Shown: positions 45,901 through 59,312, counted from the first letter of the stretch. The stretch is 64,000 bases of DNA from Eledone cirrhosa (GCA_964016885.1 OZ024744.1:136400001-136464000), one strand, 5' to 3'. Made by a program: numbers and translations. Notes: a model not told the origin generated them from the letters alone.

Positions 45901-48900
45901 ATGTAGTGTGCGAGAGAGGAGACTGAGGTGGTATGGACATGTGATGAGTTGAGAGAGAAACTGTGTCTGAGAGGGATAGAATGTAGTGTGCGAGAGAGGA
46001 GACTGAGGTGGTATGGACATGTGATGAGTTGAGAGAGAAACTGTGTCTGAGAGGGATAGAATGTAGTGTGCGAGAGAGGAGACGGAGGTGGTATGGACAT
46101 GTGATGAGTTGAGAGAGAAACTGTGTCTGAGAGGGATAGAATGTAGTGTACGGGAGAGGAGACAGGTGGTATGAACATGTGATGAGTTGAGAAACTGTGT
46201 CTGAGAGGGATAGAATGTAGTGTGCGAGAGAGGAGACTGAGGTGGTATGGACATGTGATGACTTGAGAGAGAAACTGTGTCTGAGAGAGATAGAATGTAG
46301 TGTGTGAGAGAGGAGACTGAGGTGGTATGGACTTGTGATGTGTTGTGAGAGAAACTGTGTCTGAGAGAGATAGAATGTAGTGTGTGAGAGGGGAGACTGA
46401 GGTGGTATAGACATGTGATGAGTTGAGAGAGAAACTGTGACTGAGAGGGATAGAATCTGGTGTGCGAGAGAGGAGACTGAGGTGGTATGGACATGTGATG
46501 TGTTGAGAGAGAAACCGTGTCTGAGAGGGATAGAATGTAGTGTGCGAGAGAGGAGACTGAGGTGCTATGGACATGTGATGTGTCGAGAGAGAAACTGTGT
46601 CTGAGAGAGATAGAATGTAGTGTGTGAGAGGGGAGACTGAGGTGGTATAGACATGTGATGAGTTGAGAGAGAAACTGTGACTGAGAGGGATAGAATGTGG
46701 TGTGCGAGAGAGGAGACTGAGGTGGTATGCACATGTGATGTGTTGAGAGAGAAACCGTGTCTGTGAGGGATAGAATGTAGTGTGCGAGAGAGGAGACTGA
46801 GGTGCTATGGACATGTGATGTGTCGAGAGAGAGACTGTGTCTGAGAGGGATATAATGTAGTGTGCGAGAGAGGAGACTGAGGTGGTATGGACATGTGATG
46901 TGTTGAGAGAGAAACTGTGTCTGAGAGGGATATAATGTAGTGTGCGAGAGAGGAGACTGAGGTGGTATGGACATGTGATGTGTTGAGAGAGAAACTGTGT
47001 CTGAGAGGGTTAGAATGTAGTGTGCGAGAGAGGAGACTGAGGTGGTATGGACATGTGATGAGTTGAGAGAGAAACTGTCTGAGAGGGATAGAATGTAGTG
47101 TGCGAGAGAGGAGACTGAGGTGGTATGGACATGTGATGTGTTGAGAGAGAAACTGTGCCTGAGAGGGATAGAATGTAGTGTGCGAGAGAGGAGACTGAGG
47201 TGGTATGGACATGTGATGAGTTGAGAGAGAAACTGTCTGAGAGGGATAGAATGTAGTGTGCGAGAGAGGAGACTGAGGTGGTATGGACATGTGAAGTGTT
47301 GAGAGAGAAACTGTGTCTGAGAGAGATAGAATGTAGTGTGTGAGAGAGGAGACTGAGGTGGTATGGACATGTGATGTGTTGTGAGAGAAACTGTGTCTGA
47401 GAGAGATAGAATGTAGTGTGTGAGAGGGGAGACTGAGGTGGTATAGACATGTGATGAGTTGAGAGAGAAACTGTGACTGAGAGGGATAGAATGTGGTGTG
47501 CGAGAGAGGAGACTGAGGTGGTATGGACATGTGATGTGTTGAGAGAGAAACCGTGTCTGTGAGGGATAGAATGTAGTGTGCGAGAGAGGAGACTGAGGTG
47601 CTATGGACATGTGATGTGTCGAGAGAGAGACTGTGTCTGAGAGGGATATAATGTAGTGTGCGAGAGAGGAGACTGAGGTGGTATGGACATGTGATGTGTT
47701 GAGAGAGAAACTGTGTCTGAGAGGGATATAATGTAGTGTGCGAGAGAGGAGACTGAGGTGGTATGGACATGTGATGTGTTGAGAGAGAAACTGTGTCTGA
47801 GAGGGATAGAATGTAGTGTGCGAGAGAGGAGACTGAGGTGGTATGGACATGTGATGAGTTGAGAGAGAAACTGTCTGAGAGGGATAGAATGTAGTGTGCG
47901 AGAGAGGAGACTGAGGTGGTATGGACATGTGATGTGTTGAGAGAGAAACTGTGTCTGAGAGGGATAGAATGTAGTGTGCGAGAGAGGAGACTGAGGTGGT
48001 ATGGACATGTGATGACTTGAGAGAGAAACTGTCTGAGAGGGATAGAATGTAGTGTGCGAGAGGGGAGACTGAGGTAGTATAGACATGTGATGAATTGAGA
48101 GAGAAACTGTGTCTGAGAGGGATAGAATGTAGTGTACGGGAGAGGAGACAGGTGGTATGAACATGTGATGAGTTGAGAGAGAAACTGTGTCTGAGAGAGA
48201 TAGAATGTAGTGTGTGAGAGAGGAGACTGAGGTGGTATGGACATGTGATGTGTTGAGAGAGAAACTGTGTCTGAGAGTGATAGAATGTAGTGTACGGGAG
48301 AGGAGACTTAGGTAGTATGGACATGTGATGAGTTGAGAGAGAAACTGTGTCTGAGAGGGATAGAATGTAGTGTGAGAGAGAGGAGACTGAGGTGGTATGG
48401 ACATGTGATGAGTTGAGAGAGAAACTGCTTCTGAGAGGGATAGAATGTAGTGTGCGAGAGAGGAGACTGAGGTGGTATGGACATGTGATGTGTTGAGAGA
48501 GAAACTGTGTCTGAGAGGGATAGAATGTGGTGTACGGGACAGGAGACTGAGGTGGTATGGACATGTGATGAATCGAGAGAGAAACTGTGTCTGAGAGAGA
48601 TAGAATGTAGTGTGCGAGAAAGGAGACAGGTGGTATTGACATGTGATGAGTTGAGAGAGAAACTGTCTGAGAGAGATATAATGTAGTGTGCGAGAGAGGA
48701 GACTGAGCTGGTATGGACATGTGATGTGTTGAGAGAGAAACCGTGTCTGAGAGGGATAGAATGTAGTATGCGAGAGAGGAGACTGAGGTGCTATGGACAT
48801 GTGATGAGTTGAGAGAGAAACTGTGTCTGAGAGGGATAGAATGTAGTGTGTGAGAGAGGAGACTGAGGTGGTATGGACATGTGATGAGTTCAGAGAGAAA

Positions 48901-49245
48901 CTGTGTCTGAGAGGGATAGAATGAAGTGTGCGAGAGAGGAGACTGAGGTGGTATGGACATGTGATGAGTTGAGAGAGAAACTGTGTCTGAGAGTGATAGA
49001 ATGTAGTGTGTGAGAGAGGAGACTGAGGTGGTATAGACATGTGATGTGTTGAGAGAGAAACTGTGTCTGAGAGGGATAGAATGTAGTGTGCGAGAGAGGA
49101 GACAGGTGGTATGGACATGTGATGAGTTGAGAGAGAAACCGTGTCTGAGAGGGATAGAATGTAGTGTGCGAGAGAGGAGACTGAGGTGGTATAGACATGT
49201 GATGTGTTGAGAGAGAAACTGTGTCTGAGAGGGATAGAATGTAGT
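21903..49245 (+). repeat. Dispersed ~6.3-kb duplication within the array (about 21903-28235 vs 42913-49245, offset 21010)
   Basis: The same variant order recurs at offset 21010: 22699/43709, 24367/45377, 25795/46805, 26000/47010, 27880/48890. Confidence 0.88.
27680..44320 (+). repeat. Higher-order tandem duplication inside the satellite: two near-identical units of ~8.24 and ~8.40 kb (about 27680-35920 and 35920-44320)
   Basis: Rare monomer variants and ORF-track endpoints recur at offset 8400 (30166/38566, 30942/39342, 33321/41721, 35309/43709, SNP pair at ~35059/43459) and offset 8242 (27880/36122). Boundaries are approximate. Confidence 0.9.
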
Positions 49246-52200
49246 GTACGGGAGAGGAGACAGGTGGTATGAACATGTGATGAGTTGAGAGAGAAACTGT
49301 GTCTGAGAGAGATAGAATGTAGTGTGTGAGAGAGGAGACTGAGGTGGTATGGACATGTGATGTGTTGAGAGAGAAACTGTGTCTGAGAGGGATATAATGT
49401 AGTGTGCGAGAGAGGAGACTGAGGTGGTATGGACATGTGATGTGTTGAGAGAGAAACTGTGTCTGAGAGGGTTAGAATGTAGTGTGCGAGAGAGGAGACT
49501 GAGGTGGTATGGACATGTGATGAGTTGAGAGAGAAACTGTCTGAGAGGGATAGAATGTAGTGTGCGAGAGAGGAGACTGAGGTGGTATGGACATGTGATG
49601 TGTTGAGAGAGAAACTGTGCCTGAGAGGGATAGAATGTAGTGTGCGAGAGAGGAGACTGAGGTGGTATGGACATGTGATGAGTTGAGAGAGAAACTGTCT
49701 GAGAGGGATAGAATGTAGTGTGCGAGAGAGGAGACTGAGGTGGTATGGACATGTGAAGTGTTGAGAGAGAAACTGTGTCTGAGAGAGATAGAATGTAGTG
49801 TGTGAGAGAGGAGACTGAGGTGGTATGGACATGTGATGTGTTGTGAGAGAAACTGTGTCTGAGAGAGATAGAATGTAGTGTGTGAGAGGGGAGACTGAGG
49901 TGGTATAGACATGTGATGAGTTGAGAGAGAAACTGTGACTGAGAGGGATAGAATGTGGTGTGCGAGAGAGGAGACTGAGGTGGTATGGACATGTGATGTG
50001 TTGAGAGAGAAACCGTGTCTGTGAGGGATAGAATGTAGTGTGCGAGAGAGGAGACTGAGGTGCTATGGACATGTGATGTGTCGAGAGAGAGACTGTGTCT
50101 GAGAGGGATATAATGTAGTGTGCGAGAGAGGAGACTGAGGTGGTATGGACATGTGATGTGTTGAGAGAGAAACTGTGTCTGAGAGGGATATAATGTAGTG
50201 TGCGAGAGAGGAGACTGAGGTGGTATGGACATGTGATGTGTTGAGAGAGAAACTGTGTCTGAGAGGGATAGAATGTAGTGTGCGAGAGAGGAGACTGAGG
50301 TGGTATGGACATGTGATGAGTTGAGAGAGAAACTGTCTGAGAGGGATAGAATGTAGTGTGCGAGAGAGGAGACTGAGGTGGTATGGACATGTGATGTGTT
50401 GAGAGAGAAACTGTGTCTGAGAGGGATAGAATGTAGTGTGCGAGAGAGGAGACTGAGGTGGTATGGACATGTGATGACTTGAGAGAGAAACTGTCTGAGA
50501 GGGATAGAATGTAGTGTGCGAGAGGGGAGACTGAGGTAGTATAGACATGTGATGAATTGAGAGAGAAACTGTGTCTGAGAGGGATAGAATGTAGTGTACG
50601 GGAGAGGAGACAGGTGGTATGAACATGTGATGAGTTGAGAGAGAAACTGTGTCTGAGAGAGATAGAATGTAGTGTGTGAGAGAGGAGACTGAGGTGGTAT
50701 GGACATGTGATGTGTTGAGAGAGAAACTGTGTCTGAGAGTGATAGAATGTAGTGTACGGGAGAGGAGACTTAGGTAGTATGGACATGTGATGAGTTGAGA
50801 GAGAAACTGTGTCTGAGAGGGATAGAATGTAGTGTGAGAGAGAGGAGACTGAGGTGGTATGGACATGTGATGAGTTGAGAGAGAAACTGCTTCTGAGAGG
50901 GATAGAATGTAGTGTGCGAGAGAGGAGACTGAGGTGGTATGGACATGTGATGTGTTGAGAGAGAAACTGTGTCTGAGAGGGATAGAATGTGGTGTACGGG
51001 ACAGGAGACTGAGGTGGTATGGACATGTGATGAATCGAGAGAGAAACTGTGTCTGAGAGAGATAGAATGTAGTGTGCGAGAAAGGAGACAGGTGGTATTG
51101 ACATGTGATGAGTTGAGAGAGAAACTGTCTGAGAGAGATATAATGTAGTGTGCGAGAGAGGAGACTGAGCTGGTATGGACATGTGATGTGTTGAGAGAGA
51201 AACCGTGTCTGAGAGGGATAGAATGTAGTATGCGAGAGAGGAGACTGAGGTGCTATGGACATGTGATGAGTTGAGAGAGAAACTGTGTCTGAGAGGGATA
51301 GAATGTAGTGTGTGAGAGAGGAGACTGAGGTGGTATGGACATGTGATGAGTTCAGAGAGAAACTGTGTCTGAGAGGGATAGAATGAAGTGTGCGAGAGAG
51401 GAGACTGAGGTGGTATGGACATGTGATGAGTTGAGAGAGAAACTGTGTCTGAGAGTGATAGAATGTAGTGTGTGAGAGAGGAGACTGAGGTGGTATAGAC
51501 ATGTGATGTGTTGAGAGAGAAACTGTGTCTGAGAGGGATAGAATGTAGTGTGCGAGAGAGGAGACAGGTGGTATGGACATGTGATGAGTTGAGAGAGAAA
51601 CCGTGTCTGAGAGGGATAGAATGTAGTGTGCGAGAGAGGAGACTGAGGTGGTATAGACATGTGATGTGTTGAGAGAGAAACTGTGTCTGAGAGGGATAGA
51701 ATGTAGTGTACGGGAGAGGAGACAGGTGGTATGAACATGTGATGAGTTGAGAGAGAAACTGTGTCTGAGAGAGATAGAATGTAGTGTGTGAGAGAGGAGA
51801 CTGAGGTGGTATGGACATGTGATGTGTTGAGAGAGAAACTGTTTCTGAGAGGGATAGAATGTAGTGTGCGAGAGAGGAGACTGAGGTGGTATGGACATGT
51901 GATGAGTTGAGAGTGAAACTGTGTCTGAGAGAGATAGAATGTAGTGTGTGAGAGAGGAGACTGAGGTGGTATGGACATGTGATGTGTTGAGAGAGAAACT
52001 GTGTCTGAGAGTGATAGAATGTAGTGTACGGGAGAGGAGACTTAGGTAGTATGGACATGTGATGAGTTGAGAGAGAAACTGTGTCTGAGAGGGATAGAAT
52101 GTAGTGTGAGAGAGAGGAGACTGAGGTGGTATGGACATGTGATGAGTTGAGAGAGAAACTGCTTCTGAGAGGGATAGAATGTAGTGTGCGAGAGAGGAGA

Positions 52201-55200
52201 CTGAGGTGGTATGGACATGTGATGTGTTGAGAGAGAAACTGTGTCTGAGAGGGATAGAATGTAGTGTGTGAGAGAGGAGACTGAGGTGGTATGGACATGT
52301 GATGTGTTGAGAGAGAAACTGTGTCTGAGAGGGATAGAATGTAGTGTGCGAGAGGGGAGACTGAGGTGGTATGGACATGTGATGTGTTGAGAGAGAAACT
52401 GTGTCTGAGAGGGATAGAATGTAGTGTGTGAGAGAGGAGACTGAGGTGGTATGGACATGTGATGTGTTGAGAGAGAAACTGTGTCTGAGAGGGATAGAAT
52501 GAAGTGTGCGAGAGAGGAGACTGAGGTGGTATGGACATGTGATGAGTTGAGAGAGAAACTGTGTCTGAGAGGGATAGAATGTAGTCTGTGAGAGAGGAGA
52601 CTGAGGTGGTATGGACATGTGATGTGTTGAGAGAGAAACTGTGTCTGAGAGGGATAGAATGTAGTGTGCGAGAGAGGAGACTGAGGTGGTATGGACATGT
52701 GATGAGTTGAGAGAGAAACTGTGTCTGAGAGGGATAGAATGTAGTCTGTGAGAGAGGAGACTGAGCTGGTATAGACATGTGATGTGTTGAGAGAGAAACC
52801 GTGTCTGAGAGGGATAGAATGTAGTGTGCGAGAGAGGAGACTGAGGTGCTATGGACATGTGATGTGTCGAGAGAGAAACTGTGTCTGAGAGGGATATAAT
52901 GTAGTGTGCGAGAGAGGAGACTGAGGTGGTATGGACATGTGATGTGTTGAGAGAGAAACTGTGTCTGAGAGGGATAGAATGTGGTGTACGGGACAGGAGA
53001 CTGAGGTGGTATGGACATGTGATGAATCGAGAGAGAAACTGTGTCTGAGAGAGATAGAATGTAGTGTGCGAGAAAGGAGACAGGTGGTATTGACATGTGA
53101 TGAGTTGAGAGAGAAACTGTCTGAGAGAGATATAATGTAGTGTGCGAGAGAGGAGACTGAGCTGGTATGGACATGTGATGTGTTGAGAGAGAAACCGTGT
53201 CTGAGAGGGATAGAATGTAGTATGCGAGAGAGGAGACTGAGGTGCTATGGACATGTGATGAGTTGAGAGAGAAACTGTGTCTGAGAGGGATAGAATGTAG
53301 TGTGTGAGAGAGGAGACTGAGGTGGTATGGACATGTGATGAGTTCAGAGAGAAACTGTGTCTGAGAGGGATAGAATGAAGTGTGCGAGAGAGGAGACTGA
53401 GGTGGTATGGACATGTGATGAGTTGAGAGAGAAACTGTGTCTGAGAGTGATAGAATGTAGTGTGTGAGAGAGGAGACTGAGGTGGTATAGACATGTGATG
53501 TGTTGAGAGAGAAACTGTGTCTGAGAGGGATAGAATGTAGTGTGCGAGAGAGGAGACAGGTGGTATGGACATGTGATGAGTTGAGAGAGAAACCGTGTCT
53601 GAGAGGGATAGAATGTAGTGTGCGAGAGAGGAGACTGAGGTGGTATAGACATGTGATGTGTTGAGAGAGAAACTGTGTCTGAGAGGGATAGAATGTAGTG
53701 TGCGAGAGAGGAGACTGGTGGTATGGACATGTGATGAGTTGAGAGAAAAACTGTCTGAGAGGTATAGAATGTAGTGTGCGAGAGAGGAGACTGAGGTGGT
53801 ATGGACATGTGATGAGTTGAGAGAGAAACTGTCTCTGAGAGTGATAGAATGTAGTGTGCGAGAGAGGAGACTGGTGGTATGGACATGTGATGAGTTGAGA
53901 GAGAAACTGTCTCTGAGAGGGATAGAATGTAGTGTGCGAGAGAGGAGACAGGTGGTATGGACATGTGATGAGTTGAGAGAGAAACCGTGTCTGAGAGGGA
54001 TAGAATGTAGTGTGCGAGAGAGGAGACTGAGGTGGTATAGACATGTGATGTGTTGAGAGAGAAACTGTGTCTGAGAGGGATAGAATGTAGTGTACGGGAG
54101 AGGAGACAGGTGGTATGAACATGTGATGAGTTGAGAGAGAAACTGTGTCTGAGAGGGATAGAATGTAGTGTGCGAGAGAGGAGACTGAGGTGGTATGGAC
54201 ATGTGATGACTTGAGAGAGAAACTGTGTCTGAGAGAGATAGAATGTAGTTTGTGAGAGAGGAGACTGAGGTGGTATGGACATGTGATGTGTTGTGAGAGA
54301 AACTGTGTCTGAGAGGGATAGGATATAGTGTGCGAGAGGAGGAGACTGAGGTGGTATGGACATGTGATGTGTTGAGAGAGAAACTGTGTCCGAGAGTGAT
54401 AGAATGTAGTGTAAGAGAGAGGAGACTGAGGTGGTATGGACATGTGATGAGTTGAGAGAGAAACTGTGTCTGATAGGGATAGAATATAGTGTGCGAGAGG
54501 AGGAGACTGAGGTGGTATGGACATGTGATGTGTTGAGAGAGAAACTGTCTGAGAGGGATAGAATGTAGTGTGTGAGAGAAGAGACTGAGGTGGTATGGAC
54601 ATGTGATGTGTTGAGAGAGAAACTGTGTCTGAGAGGGATAGAATGTAGTGTGCGAGAGAGGAGACTGGTGGTATGGACATGTGATGAGTTGAGAGAGAAA
54701 CTGTGTCTGAGAGGGATAGAATGTAGTGTGCGAGAGAGGAGACTGAGGTGGTATGTACATGTGATGACTTGAGAGAGAAACTGTCTGAGACGGATAGAAT
54801 GTAGTGTGCGAGAGGGGAGACTGAGGTGGTATGGACATGTGATGAGTTGAGAGAGAAACTGTGTCTGAGAGGGATAGAATGTAGTGTACGAGAGAGGAGA
54901 CTGAGGTGGTATGTACATGTGATGAATTGAGAGAGAAACTGTGTCTGAGAGAGATAGAATGTAGTGTGCGAGAGAGGAGACTGAGGTGGTATGGACATGT
55001 GATGTGTTGAGAGAGAAACTGTGTCTGAGAGGGATAGAATGTAGTGTACGGGAGAGGAGACAGGTGGTATGGACATGTGATGAGTTGAAAGAGAAACTGT
55101 GTCTGAGAGGGATAGAATGTAGTGTGCGAGAGAGGAGACTGAGGTGGTATGAACATGTGATGAGTTGAAAGAGAAACTGTGTCTGAGAGGGATAGAATGT

Positions 55201-58200
55201 AGTGTGTGAGAGAGGAGACAGGTGGTATGGACATGTGATGAGTTGAGAGAGAAACTCTGTCTGAGAGGGATAGAATGTAGTGTGCGAGAGAGGAGACTGA
55301 GGTGGTATGAACATGTGATGAGTTGAAAGAGAAACTGTGTCTGAGAGGGATAGAATGTAGTGTGTGAGAGAGGAGACAGGTGGTATGGACATGTGATGAG
55401 TTGAGAGAGAAACTGTGTCTGAGAGGGATAGAATGTAGTGTACGGGAGAGGAGACAGGTGGTATGAACATGTGATGAGTTGAGAGAGAAACTGTGTCTGA
55501 GAGGGATAGAATGTAGTGTGCGAGAGAGGAGACTGAGGTGGTATGGACATGTGATGACTTGAGAGAGAAACTGTGTCTGAGAGAGATAGAATGTAGTGTG
55601 TGAGAGAGGAGACTGAGGTGGTATGGACATGTGATGTGTTGTGAGAGAAACTGTGTCTGAGAGAGATAGAATGTAGTGTGTGAGAGGGGAGACTGAGGTG
55701 GTATAGACATGTGATGAGTTGAGAGGGATAGAATGTGGTGTGCGAGAGAGGAGACTGAGGTGGTATGGACATGTGATGTGTTGAGAGAGAAACTGTGTCT
55801 GAGAGGGATATAATGTAGTGTGCGAGAGAGGAGACTGAGGTGGTATGGACATGTGATGTGTTGAGAGAGAAACTGTGTCTGAGAGGGATATAATGTAGTG
55901 TGCGAGAGAGGAGACTGAGGTGGTATGGACATGTGATGTGTTGAGAGAGAAACTGTGTCTGAGAGGGATAGAATGTAGTGTGCGAGAGAGGAGACTGAGG
56001 TGGTATGGACATGTGATGAGTTGAGAGAGAAACTGTCTGAGAGGGATAGAATGTAGTGTGCGAGAGAGGAGACTGAGGTGGTATGGACATGTGATGTGTT
56101 GAGAGAGAAACTGTGTCTGAGAGGGATAGAATGTAGTGTGCGAGAGAGGAGACTGAGGTGGTATGGACATGTGATGACTTGAGAGAGAAACTATCTGAGA
56201 AGGATAGAATGTAGTGTGCGAGAGGGGAGACTGAGGTAGTATAGACATGTGATGAATTGAGAGAGAAACTGTGTCTGAGAGGGATAGAATGTAGTGTACG
56301 GGAGAGGAGACAGGTGGTATGAACATGTGATGAGTTGAGAGAGAAACTGTGTCTGAGAGGGATAGAATGTAGTGTGCGAGAGAGGAGACTGAGATGGTAT
56401 GGACATGTGATGAGTTGAGAGAGAAACTGTGTCTGAGAGAGATAGAATGTAGTGTGTGAGAGAGGAGACTGAGGTGGTATGGACATGTGATGTGTTGAGA
56501 GAGAAACTGTGTCTGAGAGAGATAGAATGTAGTGTGTGAGAGGGGAGACTGAGGTGGTATGGACATGTGATGAGTTGAGAGAGAAACTGTCTGAGAGGGA
56601 TAGAATGTAGTGTGCGAGAGAGGAGACTGAGGTGGTATGGACATGTGAAGTGTTGAGAGAGAAACTGTGTCTGAGAGAGATAGAATGTAGTGTGTGTGAG
56701 AGGAGACTGAGGTGGTATGGACATGTGATGTGTTGTGAGAGAAACTGTGTCTGAGAGAGATAGAATGTAGTGTGTGAGAGGGGAGACTGAGGTGGTATAG
56801 ACATGTGATGAGTTGAGAGAGAAACTGTGACTGAGAGGGATAGAATGTGGTGTGCGAGAGAGGAGACTGAGGTGGTATGGACATGTGATGTGTTGAGAGA
56901 GAAACCGTGTCTGAGAGGGATAGAATGTAGTGTGCGAGAGAGGAGACTGAGGTGCTATGGACATGTGATGTGTCGAGAGAGAAACTGTGTCTGAGAGGGA
57001 TATAATGTAGTGTGCGAGAGAGGAGACTGAGGTGGTATGGACATGTGATGTGTTGAGAGAGAAACTGTGTCTGAGAGGGATATAATGTAGTGTGCGAGAG
57101 AGGAGACTGAGGTGGTATGGACATGTGATGTGTTGAGAGAGAAACTGTGTCTGAGAGGGATAGAATGTAGTGTGCGAGAGAGGAGACTGAGGTGGTATGG
57201 ACATGTGATGAGTTGAGAGAGAAACTGTCTGAGAGGGATAGAATGTAGTGTGCGAGAGAGGAGACTGAGGTGGTATGGACATGTGATGTGTTGAGAGAGA
57301 AACTGTGTCTGAGAGGGATAGAATGTAGTGTGCGAGAGAGGAGACTGAGGTGGTATGGACATGTGATGACTTGAGAGAGAAACTGTCTGAGAGGGATAGA
57401 ATGTAGTGTGCGAGAGGGGAGACTGAGGTAGTATAGACATGTGATGAATTGAGAGAGAAACTGTGTCTGAGAGGGATAGAATGTAGTGTACGGGAGAGGA
57501 GACAGGTGGTATGAACATGTGATGAGTTGAGAGAGAAACTGTGTCTGAGAGGGATAGAATGTAGTGTGCGAGAGAGGAGACTGAGGTGGTATGGACATGT
57601 GATGAGTTGAAAGAGAAACTGTGTCTGAGAGAGATAGAATGTAGTGTGTGAGAGAGGAGACTGAGGTGGTATGGACATGTGATGTGTTGAGAGAGAAACT
57701 GTGTCTGAGAGAGATAGAATGTAGTGTTCGAGAGAGGAGACTGAGGTGGTATGGACATGTGATGTGTTGAGAGAGAAACTGTGTCTGAGAGTGATAGAAT
57801 GTAGTGTGCGAGAGAGGAGACTGAGGTGGTATGGACATGTGATGTGTTGAGAGAGAAACTGTGTCTGAGAGGGATAGAATGTAGTGTGCGAGAGGGGAGA
57901 CTGAGGTGGTATGGACATGTGATGTGTTGAGAGAGAAACTGTGTCTGAGAGGGATAGAATGAAGTGTGCGAGAGAGGAGACTGAGGTGGTATGGACATGT
58001 GATGTGTTGAGAGAGAAACTGTGTCTGAGAGGGATAGAATGTAGTGTGCGAGAGGGGAGACTGAGGTGGTATGGACATGTGATGTGTTGAGAGAGAAACT
58101 GTGTCTGAGAGGGATAGAATGAAGTGTGCGAGAGAGGAGACAGGTGGTATGGACATGTGATGAGTTGAGAGAGAAACTGTGTCTGAGAGGGATATAATGT

Positions 58201-59312
58201 AGTCTGTGAGAGAGGAGACTGAGGTGGTATGGACATGTGATGTGTTGAGAGAGAAACTGTGTCTGAGAGGGATAGAATGTAGTGTGCGAGAGAGGAGACT
58301 GAGGTGGTATGGACATGTGATGAGTTGAGAGAGAAACTGTGTCTGAGAGGGATAGAATGTAGTCTGTGAGAGAGGAGACTGAGCTGGTATGGACATGTGA
58401 TGTGTTGAGAGAGAAACCGTGTCTGAGAGGGATAGAATGTAGTGTGCGAGAGAGGAGACTGAGGTGCTATGGACATGTGATGTGTCGAGAGAGAAACTGT
58501 GTCTGAGAGGGATATAATGTAGTGTGCGAGAGAGGAGACTGAGGTGGTATGGACATGTGATGTGTTGAGAGAGAAACTGTGTCTGAGAGGGATAGAATGT
58601 GGTGTACGGGTCAGGAGACTGAGGTGGTATGGACATGTGATGAATCGAGAGAGAAACTGTGTCTGAGAGAGATAGAATGTAGTGTGCGAGAAAGGAGACA
58701 GGTGGTATTGACATGTGATGAGTTGAGAGAGAAACTGTCTGAGAGAGATATAATGTAGTGTGCGAGAGAGGAGACTGAGCTGGTATGGACATGTGATGTG
58801 TTGAGAGAGAAACCGTGTCTGAGAGGGATAGAATGTAGTATGCGAGAGAGGAGACTGAGGTGCTATGGACATGTGATGAGTTGAGAGAGAAACTGTGTCT
58901 GAGAGGGATAGAATGTAGTGTGTGAGAGAGGAGACTGAGGTGGTATGGACATGTGATGAGTTCAGAGAGAAACTGTGTCTGAGAGGGATAGAATGAAGTG
59001 TGCGAGAGAGGAGACTGAGGTGGTATGGACATGTGATGAGTTGAGAGAGAAACTGTGTCTGAGAGTGATAGAATGTAGTGTGTGAGAGAGGAGACTGAGG
59101 TGGTATAGACATGTGATGTGTTGAGAGAGAAACTGTGTCTGAGAGGGATAGAATGTAGTGTGCGAGAGAGGAGACAGGTGGTATGGACATGTGATGAGTT
59201 GAGAGAGAAACTGTGTCTGAGAGGGATAGAATGTAGTGTGCGAGAGAGGAGACTGAGGTGGTATGGACATGTGATGTGTTGAGAGAGAAACTGTGTCTCA
59301 GAGGGATAGAAT

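Larger units (their letters stand above)
1..59312 (+). repeat. Satellite array, 80-bp consensus monomer actgtgtctgagagggatagaatgtagtgtgcgagagaggagactgaggtggtatggacatgtgatgagttgagagagaa, about 745 copies, continues beyond the left window edge
   Basis: Continuous head-to-tail monomers in one orientation from base 1 to ...gagggatagaat at 59312. The consensus has 57/80 purines and only 5 C on the + strand, and one ACATGT palindrome per monomer. Confidence 0.99.

Noticed and set aside
11489-55168. Short + strand ORFs (MVWTCDELREKLCLRG...) as genes
   Set aside because: They arise where 78- or 81-bp monomers happen to keep the ancestral LINE frame open for 2-3 units. They are informative about origin but are not genes.
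1-59312. CRISPR array or telomeric repeat
   Set aside because: There are no unique spacers and no cas genes. The unit is 80 bp without telomerase-type short G-rich repeats, and the array is internal to flanking unique DNA.
1-59312. Frequent gtgCga to gtgTga variant as proof of CpG methylation
   Set aside because: The reciprocal CpA variant was not noticed, and a single mutation spread by block duplication explains the pattern equally well.
1-59312. Centromere assignment
   Set aside because: A homogeneous satellite with higher-order structure is compatible with a centromere, but sequence alone cannot show this. CENP-A ChIP would be needed.
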